DNA of 34,026 bases from Octopus bimaculoides (Eukaryota), in NCBI RefSeq assembly GCF_001194135.2, contig NC_068998.1, positions 14,055,355 through 14,089,380 of the forward strand. The letters are read 5' to 3'. Every line of letters begins with the position of its first letter. The stretch's first letter is position 1. Shown here piece by piece: positions 22,783 through 34,026 of the stretch. Under the pieces are notes generated by a model, which was given only the letters and a program-made list of their open reading frames with translations, did no database searches and was not told where the DNA came from. The translations under genes and the position numbers were made by a program.

Positions 22783-23182
22783 TAAAATTACATGTATATT
22801 GGTAGACTAAAATGTGCTAGCAGCAATTGTACTTATATGTTCTGCATTCGATTGCAGAGATAGAATATAGAAAAGCGAAAACACTCTTGTACGCTGTATT
22901 AAAAAAATCAGGTAAAACAAAGCAGTTGACTCCAAATTCAAATTCAATATAGAATATTATAGAAAATCACTAAGAATTTCATAAAGAACAGCGCCAGATA
23001 CAATCGGTTTATTGATGCAAATGGAGTTATATGTTTTACAATATTTTCAATAAGAATCAGTTATTAATCAGTTCACTGAAGATTCTCTTTTCATCGATTC
23101 ATGAAGAGTACTTATTAGAAACATTGAAATAAATACAACAGAGTAAAGTGCACGAATTCCTTAAAAACATACATGCGCATAG

Positions 23183-23231
<49 letters not shown>

Positions 23232-23442
23232 CGTTGAAAACTTTTGGTAGAAAGTTTGTCGTGTCTACAGATGTGGGTTCGTGTCCCACAGGTACCTTCG
23301 AATTTTTCTATTCAAAAGGATTTTTCAACCCAATATTTACAAGCTATTCTTTATAGTTTTATGTGTGTGCTTTGAGATATACAATTCCAAAAATTAATTA
23401 TTTCACGGTCTCTTGAAAGTTTACAAAATTCTTATGCCATCA

Positions 23443-23500
<58 letters not shown>

Positions 23501-25998
23501 CCACACACACACGCACATACATAAACATTACAACCCCATACACACATAATATATAGCATAATATGAGCATTAACGTTGCTCACTGGAGAATTTCAAAAAG
23601 CCACCGACTAGTTCACTGCATTTGCCATGACGAGACTAGCAAGAAAGAATCAGTGCGATTCGAGTGGAGCTACCATAAAGTATTATTTTGTTGAAAAGAA
23701 CTGTTTTATCGGTTTTCTTACTCTTTTTACATATTTTAACAATATACACCAGCGAAAGATACACATAGGCACATACATACACACATGCAAACACGCGCAT
23801 ACTCACTCACATATATACATAAATACATCCATACATACGGACGCACCCACATACATGCATGTAATTCGAGGCCTTCCACACAGTTTCAGTATATCAGATT
23901 CCGCTTATAAAATATTACTCAGCTCGGAGCTATGTCATTGTGATGCGACCTTCTTCATCTAACAGCCGTGTGAACATTAGGATACATATATATATACATA
24001 TCAATATATGTATATGTGTGTATGCATGTTGGCATGTATGTATGTATGTATGTATGTATGTATGTATGTATGTATGTATGNNNNNNNNNNNNNNNNNNNN
24101 NNNNNNNNNNNNNNNNNNNNNNNNNNNNNNNNNNNNNNNNNNNNNNNNNNNNNNNNNNNNNNNNNNNNNNNNNNNNNNNNNNNNNNNNNNNNNNNNNNNN
24201 NNNNNNNNNNNNNNNNNNNNNNNNNNNNNNNNNNNNNNNNNNNNNNNNNNNNNNNNNNNNNNNNNNNNNNNNNNNNNNNNNNNNNNNNNNNNNNNNNNNN
24301 NNNNNNNNNNNNNNNNNNNNNNNNNNNNNNNNNNNNNNNNNNNNNNNNNNNNNNNNNNNNNNNNNNNNNNNNNNNNNNNNNNNNNNNNNNNNNNNNNNNN
24401 NNNNNNNNNNNNNNNNNNNNNNNNNNNNNNNNNNNNNNNNNNNNNNNNNNNNNNNNNNNNNNNNNNNNNNNNNNNNNNNNNNNNNNNNNNNNNNNNNNNN
24501 NNNNNNNNNNNNNNNNNNNNNNNNNNNNNNNNNNNNNNNNNNNNNNNNNNNNNNNNNNNNNNNNNNNNNNNNNNNNNNNNNNNNNNNNNNNNNNNNNNNN
24601 NNNNNNNNNNNNNNNNNNNNNNNNNNNNNNNNNNNNNNNNNNNNNNNNNNNNNNNNNNNNNNNNNNNNNNNNNNNNNNNNNNNNNNNNNNNNNNNNNNNN
24701 NNNNNNNNNNNNNNNNNNNNNNNNNNNNNNNNNNNNNNNNNNNNNNNNNNNNNNNNNNNNNNNNNNNNNNNNNNNNNNNNNNNNNNNNNNNNNNNNNNNN
24801 NNNNNNNNNNNNNNNNNNNNNNNNNNNNNNNNNNNNNNNNNNNNNNNNNNNNNNNNNNNNNNNNNNNNNNNNNNNNNNNNNNNNNNNNNNNNNNNNNNNN
24901 NNNNNNNNNNNNNNNNNNNNNNNNNNNNATGTATGTATGTATGTATGAAAAAAGAAACCGGAGAGAGAAAAAATGTGTTTGGATTAACGGTTCATGTATA
25001 TATATATATAAGCACACACGCATATCCATGTATGTATTTCTATGTGTTTGGATGCATACACGCGCACCAATACACGCGTATGTATGTACTAATATACACA
25101 AACATACAGTCATGTACAAAAAAAGTAAAAAGCAAACACTTCGTGTAGTTTTCGTTTTCAAATGTTGAAGCCCCTGTACCACTGTATAATAACTCACTTG
25201 ACCAAAGCTCTCTAGTGCGTAAATTACAACACCGACAGTGAAACTAATTAATTTTTTAAAAAAATTGCAATTAGTTAAGACATAAGGACATGTAGACACA
25301 CTCTTTGATTTCACATGTGTTTGTAAAATGCGTGCAAATGTAACATACGATGCTGACTCTGAACGCAAAACTCAGCACAAAATAGTTTTCTCTGTAAGAA
25401 ATTCGTAAAAACTTTGAAACCGTAATATGGAAATATATCTAAAAAGAACTTGTGCAAAAAGTCCAAGTGTTGAAAGATCGGAGATCGTCTTGTTAAAACT
25501 GATATTTTTGCATCAGAGTTAAGAAACACTTCAGGATATTTTATGTGCGCAGTCCCTTGACTACAAAACAATACAAAACAGCTTTTTTTACTGAAAGAAA
25601 TCTAAAATAAAACAACTTTTGAAGGTGACGTGAAAAGAAAATTGCGTAAAAGTCAAATACTTTGAGAGTGAACTCTGTTATCTTATTGGTCTCGAAAGTG
25701 ATATTTTAAGGTCGTGAGGAAATAAACAATTTCCATTTTCATTTTAATGTGACATCTTAGTACTTCGCTATCCATATAGAAAAAAAATGAACAAAAACAA
25801 AAACAAAACATAAAAAAGCAGAAAGAAAATAAATATTGTTTTTCCAGTGACACTTAATAGACACCAAGCTAAGCGACACAAAATGGGGCAAAGGTTAGTT
25901 CAGTCTTTTGAGTTACGACAGACGTGTCGTTCAATTTCCATGGTCGTTTCTGTGCACATCTTTAGTTTCTGTTTCATAAACTATTTATTTTAATGTTT

Positions 25999-26029
<31 letters not shown>

Positions 26030-26040
26030 TACACGCGCGT

Positions 26041-26078
<38 letters not shown>

Positions 26079-26530
26079 NNNNNNNNNNNNNNNNNNNNNN
26101 NNNNNNNNNNNNNNNNNNNNNNNNNNNNNNNNNNNNNNNNNNNNNNNNNNNNNNNNNNNNNNNNNNNNNNNNNNNNNNNNNNNNNNNNNNNNNNNNNNNN
26201 NNNNNNNNATATGAAAAAAATGCAAATAAAATGAGTAAGATTATGAGGCAAGGAGGAGACAAAGAAAAATTATACGCAGAGTCAGTCGATCGTAACACCT
26301 GACTGAAAAGTGTAGAGTTATCAAGCGTAAAGTACAACAATGGACAAAGTGTACAATGAAAATAAATTCACTAAGAAAGAAACAGAAGGAAATCTAATAG
26401 TTCGGATACCATTCTTTCTCCAAGAAAAGATAAAGCAATAGGAGAAGCAAGAGAAAATGAACAAAACGTTCGAGTTTAGGGCGTTTGTTTACATGATTTC
26501 TACGGTGTTATGTATGTATATATACACACA

Positions 26531-26692
26531 CAATAATGCCTCACGCTATGAGGGACTCTAAGGTCAGACTACCATAAAAAACACATTTTTACCGAACGCT
26601 GGCTTTGAGAGTTGCATTTCCTCGCGTTCGGTAAAAATGTGTTTTTTATGGTAGTCTGACCTTAGAGTCCCTCATAGCGTGAGGCATTATTG
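26531..26692. mobile_element. Foldback/MITE-like element with perfect 70-bp inverted arms and a 24-nt spacer
   Basis: 26530-26599 is the exact reverse complement of 26624-26693. The spacer is TGGCTTTGAGAGTTGCATTTCCTC. The right end is followed by TA; the left TA is obscured by a (CA) run. Confidence 0.88.
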
Positions 26693-27058
26693 TATAGTAA
26701 TGCCCTTATATAAATAGATATATATATTTCGGGAATAAATGATGGATTTTTTCCCTTATGAGGTTTTTTTCACGCTAGCTACTTGATAAATTCTTGTAAA
26801 AGAATTCATCCTATTATTGAATTTAAATATATATACACACATGTATATGTTTAACATTGGGCCATCATTTGTAGTTCTGTTATATATGATGTAGACGATC
26901 TCCATCTGTTTGGCTGGTAGCTACTTTGCATTGTCCCAGTTATCATTACCTTCTGGAGCATAGGTTCTTTTGGAGGGCTGAGCTTTCCTCTGCAGTAAGT
27001 ATTTGAAGTGGGTGACCGGCAGGGTGTTTTCTCATCGACACTGTTTATATTTTAACAA

Positions 27059-27408
27059 ATGTCAAAAATCAAGACTAAATCCATTAAGGAGTTTTCTCTT
27101 TCCTTTTTCTAACATCTATAGTATCCGATCCAATCTAAACCAAACACGTCACCTCTTACATGCAAACCAAATATTATATTCCTCTCTGAAGTATATATCT
27201 CTCAATCCTTACCCGCAGCCTATCTCTGCATTGGAATTTCAGTCGGGAAAATGGTGTCTGTGTATTTTGTATACACGCCAGCCATACGCACCACATGGCT
27301 ATCAGCAGCAAAGATTTTCAGCTTTAAAGTCACCCTCTCTTTCTTTCTCCTCCAAATGCATCAGCTCACTCCTCCACCCTCCGAACTTCTACCACCACCA
27401 CCACCACC

Positions 27409-27440
<32 letters not shown>

Positions 27441-28927
27441 CAACTACAACAACAATGCGACTAAATCTCTACTTGCATCTACGACATCTTATTCACTTTA
27501 CTTCTCTGAAACCATCACGCTTGGAAACTTCAACGCTCGTAACTCATTTTGATTCTTACGCTCACCTCATACTGATGCTGCTGCAACCAATTTTATCACG
27601 TTTCGTATTCTCAGTGGATACAGACATCCCGATATTCATGATCTGTTCTGATCTCTAAATCTAATCTGCACTAAGCCGTAATTTCTTCATCTCTGATCAC
27701 CTGACCATTGCTTTATCTAGATAAAGCTCTGCACATTCGCATACTTCACAATAACATCCTCTTCCTACACTGTATAGCATTTCAAGTCAGCTACATTATC
27801 GAATCTCTGCTACTTCTATACTAACTACTTCTGACACTATATCTGCTACACCTTGCTGCTCCAGAAAGAGACACGTGGGTGACTGAAATTATCGTGTTAG
27901 GCATGGCCCTCAACATCTCACAAACAACTAAAACTCACAAATCCATGCTCCCCAGATGCTTCTCTCACAACTGCATCGTAGCGGTTAAAGTTAAGAATAT
28001 GGTCTACACTTGTTTGAGAATCCATCCACTGTTGCAAACTGGACGACTTTTACGTAGCACCCCTAAACCACTATCCAAACCACTAAGGACGATTTTGTGC
28101 ATCGCACAGCTCGAAGCCCACTCGTTTTCCAAATGCAACTGGTGTTTTAGTCTCTTGCCCAAAGAATCTCTTTTTAACATTACGTAATGATCCTTTCTTT
28201 CAGTTGTCAAAAGTAGTATTCCACCGGAGATCCCACCAAATTTGTTACCCACTTTGTATCCAATTCCACAATCCTATATACTAAGTATGACTCATCTCAA
28301 ACCATTCCTGTCGACTCCAACATTCTCACCACTAAACACACATTCACACTAAATATAAAAGTACTTGTGGTCGTTTTATACTAACAAGGCCACCGTTCCT
28401 GACAATTTACCCTCAAACAATGTATTCTCAGAACTTGCCCTACTCTCATGAAAATCTTCAATATCTCTCACTCTATTTCTCTCTCTTCAGGAAAATCTCT
28501 TCTTTGGAAACACTTGACAGTGTTTCCAATTTCAAAGGAGACCAACCCATTTAACCCTGATAACTATCAACCTATCACATCTCAACCTCTCTCTTTCCTT
28601 ATAGATGTCTTGCACGGCTTTCGTGAAGCCGTTCTATTAGAGACCTTTCCTATGTCATTCAGTTGTGCTCCCTTGCTATCGGGAAATTTGATGAGAACAT
28701 TATTGTTACTCTCAACATTAGCAAAACTTTCAACTGCTTCCGTAATGCAAATCTCTTCGTAAACTGCACAGCTATAGGCTCCGTCCGTTTCTCTTATCTT
28801 GTATCAGTTGCTTCATGACAGGCCGTACCACAGCAATGTATGCAGATAATGTTCTCTTTAATTTCACACCGTATAATCCCTTGTGTTCACTAGGGTTCAG
28901 TTTTGTTCCACTACTCTCTTCATCCTA

Positions 28928-28974
<47 letters not shown>

Positions 28975-29040
28975 ACGACTAATTTGTGGTCACTTTCAAT
29001 AGCGACCACTCTTATTTGGATGATAGCACTTTTAATTCCT
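27059..29040 (+). mobile_element. Dead non-LTR retrotransposon ORF2 (APE endonuclease + reverse transcriptase), CR1/L2/Jockey-group-like
   Basis: Motifs in correct order across many frameshifts and stops: FSNI..IRSN (27105), PNIIFLSE, GNFN (GDFN motif, 27523), SDH (27692), WKHLTVFPISK..NPDNYQPI (about 28505-28576), LNISKTFN (LDISKAFD motif, 28711), VH*GSVL (VPQGSVL motif, 28885), IND (28971) and YLDD (29013). Confidence 0.9.
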
Positions 29041-29084
29041 CCGTAGACATTCTCACCAAACGTCATCCACAAGCAACCAAAATG

Positions 29085-29286
29085 CCTCATGCTAAATGGG
29101 ATATAATACGGAGAGCACAGACATACAAAGATAGCAGATATGGATGCGAACTATGTTCTATGGAAATTTATGAAATTTTTAAGTATAGGGATTAAAAAAA
29201 ACAACCTAATTAATAATAGATTAGACTTTAGGGTATCCTGTGTGCATAACATCAACCATACATTAGAATATTTTAGAAACAAATAA
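29085..29286 (+). mobile_element. Penelope-like element GIY-YIG endonuclease C-terminal remnant
   Basis: KWDIIRRAQTYKDSRYGCELCSMEIYEIFKY, then after a frameshift in the A-run near 29194-29201 NLINNRLDFRVSCVHNINHTL...*. This matches the pattern KW.I...A..Y......C.LC..EK..I......LN.R.E....C.H seen at PLE ORF ends (pattern recall). Confidence 0.72.
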
Positions 29287-30279
29287 TATTATACTCATCA
29301 TGCTATGCTTTGGCAGTAGAAATTATCTGGAGTGTCATATCTTTTATAACATACCCTCTATTGTATGGAATTATATATTATATATATAAAATATTGCCCT
29401 CTTATAACCCCTACCACTTTAGTCTGCATTCATCCTCTACGTAGATTGCACTGTTTTTCCTTCAGTTCTAAGACTGTCTTCCCTATCAGTTATAATAGAT
29501 ATATTTACAATGAATCACCTGATCATACGCCTCCCTTAAGTATACTCTATACCCCCTAGGAACTATACGATTCTAAGCACATCAGTGCCTGTAATATTAC
29601 ATCTTACAAATATTTTATAAAACCACATTCAATGGTATTTTTATCTTACTTTATTTAATTTTAAATTTGCTTTTGTTAAGAATACCTCGACTTACCCTTA
29701 TTATTTATTATTTTTTAAATTTTTTATCTTTTATTTTTTTTATATCCAGTATGTATTTTATGGCTTTCACAATGTAAAATTTTTATCTTTATATAATTTT
29801 TTAAATTTTATAAATATCTTATTGAAATTTTATATCAATATTTTTTCCTTTTATTCTTTTTTCAGTTTATTTTATTTATACTTCTATACTATATATATTA
29901 TATTATTATATTTTGAATTTTGTATACCTACTCACCCTTGTATATACTGGTGTAACTTCTATGAATTGTGAATGGGTTGTAACTTCTCTCTATAGTTAAT
30001 AACTGTATAATACAATATGGTATTTATATTTATTTATTTGTATTTATATTTTATAATTATAATATATATTTTCATATATACATATATCTATGATATATAT
30101 ATTTTTGTATATATATGTGGTATTTTTATACCTTCTTATATCCTTTAAGATCTTTTCATAATGTTGGAAATTGTTTATATAATTATATTTTTTCCAAGGT
30201 TTTTAAATAAGTTTATCTGTTATAGAATTGATTATCTTATTTTTTTGCCCTTGATCTTTGGTTTTCAGTCAATAGAAAA

Positions 30280-30520
30280 AGGCAACGAGCTGGCAGAAAC
30301 GTTAGCACGCCAAGCGAAATGCTTAGCAGTAAGTATTTCGTCTGCCGTTACGTTCTGAGTTCAAATTCCGCGGAGGTCGACTTTGCCTTTCATCCTTTCG
30401 GGGTCGATAAATTAAGTACCAGTTATGCACTGGGGTCGATGTAATCGACTTAATCCATTTTGTCTGTTCTTGTTTGTTCTCTCTATGTTTAGCCCCCTGT
30501 GGGCAATAAAGAAATAAGAA
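30280..30520 (+). mobile_element. tRNA-derived SINE, near full length
   Basis: CTGGCAGAAACGTTAG (A box-like), GAGTTCAAATTCC (B box), central block 30375-30451 and tail ...AGCCCCCTGTGGGCAATAAAGAAATAAGAA. Homologous to 19463 and 33215. Confidence 0.9.
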
Positions 30521-30955
30521 TATGTGTGCCCCTTCTCGGATGAAATCTGAGTTCATTGTTGAATATCATGACCACCTTAACAATATGCTAGGATGAAGCA
30601 CTATAAAAGTACCCCATGTTTTAGGGCTTAGATTGGTCTATCTGTCCTTCTCTTACTTGGTCCTTAATCCCTTTCTAAATTTTATTATTTAATATACAAA
30701 ATATATGATAAAATATATAAATTTTGCTAAATATGGATATACAATTTTTTCCCTTATACTCTTAATGCCCACTTAGATCTCATTGTAACCTCCTTCCGAA
30801 GAGAGTTCAATATTACTAAGCGTTTCAACTACATGTACTTATCGCGCTACTAATAGTTTCCTGTACATGCGCCTGATGAACGTACGCATGGGGAAACTAT
30901 TAATAGCACGATAAAGACATGTATTTGAAATGTTTAGCAATATATATAAATATAT

Positions 30956-31149
30956 GAGTGGCTGTCTGGTAAGTAGCTTGCTTACCAACCACATGGTCCC
31001 GGGTTCAGTCCCACTGCGTGGCATCTTGGGCAAGTGTCTTCTACTATAGCCTCGGGCCGACCAAAGCCTTGTGAGTGGATTTGGTAGACGGAAACTGAAA
31101 GAAGCCTGTCGTATATATGTATATATATGTATCTATATGTGTGTGTCTG
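30956..31149 (+). mobile_element. tRNA-derived SINE 5' half plus internal microsatellite
   Basis: GGTAAGTAGCTTGCTTACCAACCACATGGTCCCGGGTTCAGTCCCACTGCGTGGC...GGAAACTGAAAGAAGCCTGTCGTA. Homologous to 8692-8818. Confidence 0.9.
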
Positions 31150-31390
31150 ATTAGTAATCTGCCTCTTGTCGAAGCTTGAAGAGAATAACTTCCACTGGTT
31201 TAAATCATATTGTATTCTCTTTATTGCTAGATCTGATCACAAACATTTGATTCTATAATCTACAACAAACATTATTCTATTTGATACGAAAACATATATT
31301 TATTTAATTGATTTACNNNNNNNNNNNNNNNNNNNNNNNNNNNNNNNNNNNNNNNNNNNNNNNNNNNNNNNNNNNNNNNNNNNNNNNNNN

Positions 31391-31427
<37 letters not shown>

Positions 31428-31677
31428 TATATATATATATTAACATTGCTTATATATATATAATTATATATATATAATTATATATATATGTATCTATATG
31501 TGTGTGTCTGATTAGTAATCTGCCTCTTGTCGAAGCTTGAAGAGAATAACTTCCACTGGTTTAAATCATATTGTATTCTCTTTATTGCTAGATCTGATCA
31601 CAAACATTTGATTCTATAATCTACAACAAACATTATTCTATTTGATACGAAAACATATATTTATTTAATTGATTTAC
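31121..31677 (+). repeat. 196-bp identical duplication across a 74-N gap (probable assembly or allelic overlap)
   Basis: 31121-31316 equals 31482-31677. Confidence 0.88.
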
Positions 31678-32510
31678 CGATGTACATTTTCAGAAATATA
31701 TTTATATAATCTTTGACTTGACTCTTGTAAATTAAGATCTAAAATTTTGTAAATTTAGATCTAAATATTTATCGAATTCCGTTCTATTTTAATCTCTTAA
31801 AGCGCGCGCTGTGTAATTATTATGTTATTCTCCCAACAAGATCAGAAATGATCTATATTTACCCTTACGAATAAGCTTTTATTTCTCTAAAACTTGATAA
31901 AAGAAGAAAGGAGCTGTAATTATGATCTAAAGCAATTCAGAAAAATACTGAATCTTTTTATAGATAGTTGATTATTCTATGAATAACTACCACTAGGCAC
32001 GGCAATATATATGCAAAATGGCGTTCAGGATAACATTTATCGTTAAAATTTAGTCAGGGTTTCCATTAGTTACAATGAAAATAGCTCTTGGTATTGATAA
32101 ATTCTAATTTTGTAAGAAGATAAGCTTTTACGTTAAGGCCACGCCAAAGGATTATATAGTACGACAATCGTAAGACGAGATATGAAATTAATAGTCACAC
32201 ATAAACACATGCACAGACACACAAATATACTCGTATTTGCATATGCACATTGGCATACACATTCATACACAAGCATGCATGATACCGCATATACTCACAT
32301 ACGCATGCACTCACGTATGCGTATATCATGCATGAAGCACGGAGCCACGCATACACACATTCATCTTATTTCTCCTACACACAGAGAGACAGACAGACAC
32401 ACGCCCATACATACACACACACATACACACACTGCTCAATTTCATTTTGCCTTTTATTTATCTTTCACTCGCCTTACATATACACACTCAAATGCTCATA
32501 CACATACATA

Positions 32511-33205
32511 TGATGTCTGATCAAAAAGTATCCGGACTGTTGCCATAGTAACGAAGCTAAAGCGCACAGAGTAAAGCTGCTTGGTACAGATAGATTTTGA
32601 ACTCTAATATGCGTACGCACTAAGTTTTAACATTCCAGCTCGCTTCTGCTGTTTACAGCAGTGCCTGGAAAGAAGGTGTGTAGCGTGTGATCGTCGCATT
32701 GACCGCGACAGAGAAAGTTGTCATGGCGATACCTGCTCAGAGGCCTACGCAAAGTTGCCGAAAGTGTATGGAGAGGTGTGTACGAGCCGTACAAAAGTGT
32801 ACAATGGTTCAGACATTTCCAATATGGCTGAAAAAAGTGTCGATATCAACGAACGTTCTAGGAAACCCGCAACCAACAGAACTGAGAAAAAACATGGCGG
32901 ATGTGCGAGCAGCTGTGGGGGGAAATCGTCGAATCACCATCCGTGAGTTATCAGAGGATGTGCAGATTAGTTACGGTTCAGTTCAGTCCATAATCACTGA
33001 AGATTTGGGTATGAGAAGCGTGTCTGCCAAGTTTGTGCTTTCAGTTGACCAAAAAGACACTCGGGTTTCAGTTTGCATAAGATCTCGTTGATTGTGTCGA
33101 GAACGATGAAAACTTTTTGAAGACCTTGCATAGGCCTCTGAGCAGGTATCACCAAGCTTTTGGCAAAATTTGATGCAAATTCTCTGCTCATCTTTCTGTC
33201 ATGCT
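32511..33205 (+). mobile_element. Non-autonomous mariner derivative: left end plus transposase N-terminal part, followed by an inverted copy of the transposase start
   Basis: TA|TGATGTCTGATCAAAAAGTATCCGGAC terminus. The frameshifted translation gives GDTCSEAYAKLPKVYGEVCTSRTKVY...NRRITIRELSEDVQISYGSVQSIITEDLGMRSVSAKFV...ENDENFLK. The minus strand of about 33125-33202 gives MTER/EQRICIKFCQKLGDTCSEAYA. Confidence 0.88.
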
Positions 33206-33214
33206 CTTTAAAGT

Positions 33215-33360
33215 ATAAGTTCGAATCCTGCCGAAATCAACTTCACTTTTCATCCTTTCGGGGTCAATAAAATAAAGTAAGTCAAATACTGGGGTCGATG
33301 TAATCGATTTGCTTCCTTCCCTCACAACTGCTGGCCTTGTGCCAAAAATAGAAAGGATTT
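33215..33360 (+). mobile_element. 5'-truncated tRNA-derived SINE
   Basis: B box AAGTTCGAATCC, central CTTTTCATCCTTTCGGGGTCAATAAAATAAAGTA...CTGGGGTCGATGTAATCGA, and tail CTGCTGGCCTTGTGCCAAAA as in the 19463 copy. Confidence 0.75.
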
Positions 33361-33974
33361 TTTGATCAAATTAGTTGCTGATGCTATACGGACACAAACT
33401 GTGTGTCGGTAACCAGCTGGAAAAGATATCGATTCCAGGCAGTGACCTGAATAATAATAATAACAACAACATCGAAAAATACCTTAAGAATGAGAAGCAT
33501 CCTAAAGTCTGAAACGCAAAATCCTGACGTTCCCCAGTTACATCATCGCTGCAATGCTACACCAGTGGACATAGAATGAAATCGATGCAATTACAGCAGA
33601 CAGGTGATGAAAGGAATGCTTCTTAATGCAAGTGACTTGTAGAATATATATTCATATTTATATCAACACGCACGCGCACGCACATAATCACACACATAAA
33701 CAAACATACACATATATGAGTTTACGTCACTCGCAGTGGAGGCGGACTGGGTAACATGCTTTCGTCCATTCCGCTCTCGAACCACCAGAACATCCACGAT
33801 GTGCCACTTGCTCGGGCGAGAGAGGGAGAGAACTATAACAGCATTTGAAAAGACAACAGAAAGTTTGAACAAACATCACAAAGCATTCTATCCAACGCTG
33901 GAGTAACTATGTCGTTCAACCACCTTAGGCATGTAAGGATAAACTCACACACACTCACATACAAATACACACAT

Positions 33975-34026
<52 letters not shown>

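Larger units (their letters stand above)
801..31390. other. 14 assembly gaps (about 6.9 kb of N)
   Basis: N runs at 801-810, 3026-3580, 5871-6463, 7730-7842, 8949-9362, 9979-10811, 11649-12406, 14328-14948, 15895-16503, 17207-17636, 20916-21787, 24081-24928, 26079-26208 and 31317-31390. Confidence 0.99.
1..34026. repeat. Pervasive simple and compound microsatellites, mostly abutting assembly gaps
   Basis: Seen directly, e.g. (CA)n 995-1078, (CATA)n 8817-8900, (CAT)/(CGT)/(CAC)n 11507-11648, (CTAC)/(CAAC)n 12465-12560, (GGTA)/(TGTA)n 15286-15395, (TA)n 16504-16562, (CTAT)n 23183-23230, (CA)n 33978-34026. Confidence 0.98.

Noticed and set aside
25341-25383. Possible minus-strand 43-nt exon (TTCTTACAG|...ATC|GTATGT)
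   Set aside because: The peptide is unrecognisable in both open frames, and there is no independent support.
25848-25893. Possible 46-nt exon (TTTTTCCAG|...AAAG|GTTAGT) encoding TLNRHQAKRHKMGQ with a zinc-finger-like H-x4-H
   Set aside because: It is too short, has no Cys pair or partner exon, and is expected by chance in 34 kb.
2978-26340. Long ORFs of 200-455 aa in the ORF track
   Set aside because: They span N gaps and translate microsatellites ([16 protein letters not shown]); they are not evidence of genes.
26715-26800. Fragment resembling the end of an octopus interspersed repeat recalled from memory
   Set aside because: It has no second copy or diagnostic motif within the window, so it cannot be supported from sequence alone.
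27003-27658. Poly-His/Gln and poly-Pro/Thr ORFs resembling a transcription factor
   Set aside because: They are explained by a trinucleotide expansion inside a frameshifted LINE endonuclease.
8560-33230. tRNA-like A and B boxes as tRNA genes
   Set aside because: None forms a cloverleaf, and each continues into a repeated SINE body.
33720-33830. GC-rich stretch with CRE-like TTACGTCA and GGCGGA motifs as a promoter
   Set aside because: These short motifs are expected by chance, and there is no associated gene start.
1-34026. CRISPR array, operon or other prokaryotic system
   Set aside because: There is no repeat-spacer array or gene-dense sequence; the content is eukaryotic repeat-rich DNA.

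Overview
Eukaryotic, AT-rich, non-coding scaffold with about 6.9 kb of Ns in 14 gaps and dense microsatellites ((CA)n, (TA)n, (TATG)n, (ATT)n and others). The tRNA-derived SINEs resemble families I recall from octopus genomes, so Octopus is the likely source (inference, not searched). I cannot identify any host protein-coding gene, RNA gene or CRISPR array. Almost all ORFs in the track are microsatellite or N-gap artefacts. What is recognisable is decayed transposon sequence. It includes three mariner-family relics (a 201-bp MITE, a decayed transposase, and a derivative with an inverted duplication of its 5' end), a roughly 2-kb dead APE-RT LINE joined in frame to a Penelope-like endonuclease C-terminus, and about 9 SINE pieces. 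It also has a perfect 70-bp-arm foldback element, a Helitron-like 3' end, and five hammerhead-ribozyme-like motifs of the type carried by Penelope-like elements. The most unusual signal is at 71-130, where every hammerhead core nucleotide is present but the three strands are in a non-permutable order. This is a hypothesis from manual pairing only, and a mundane explanation exists.
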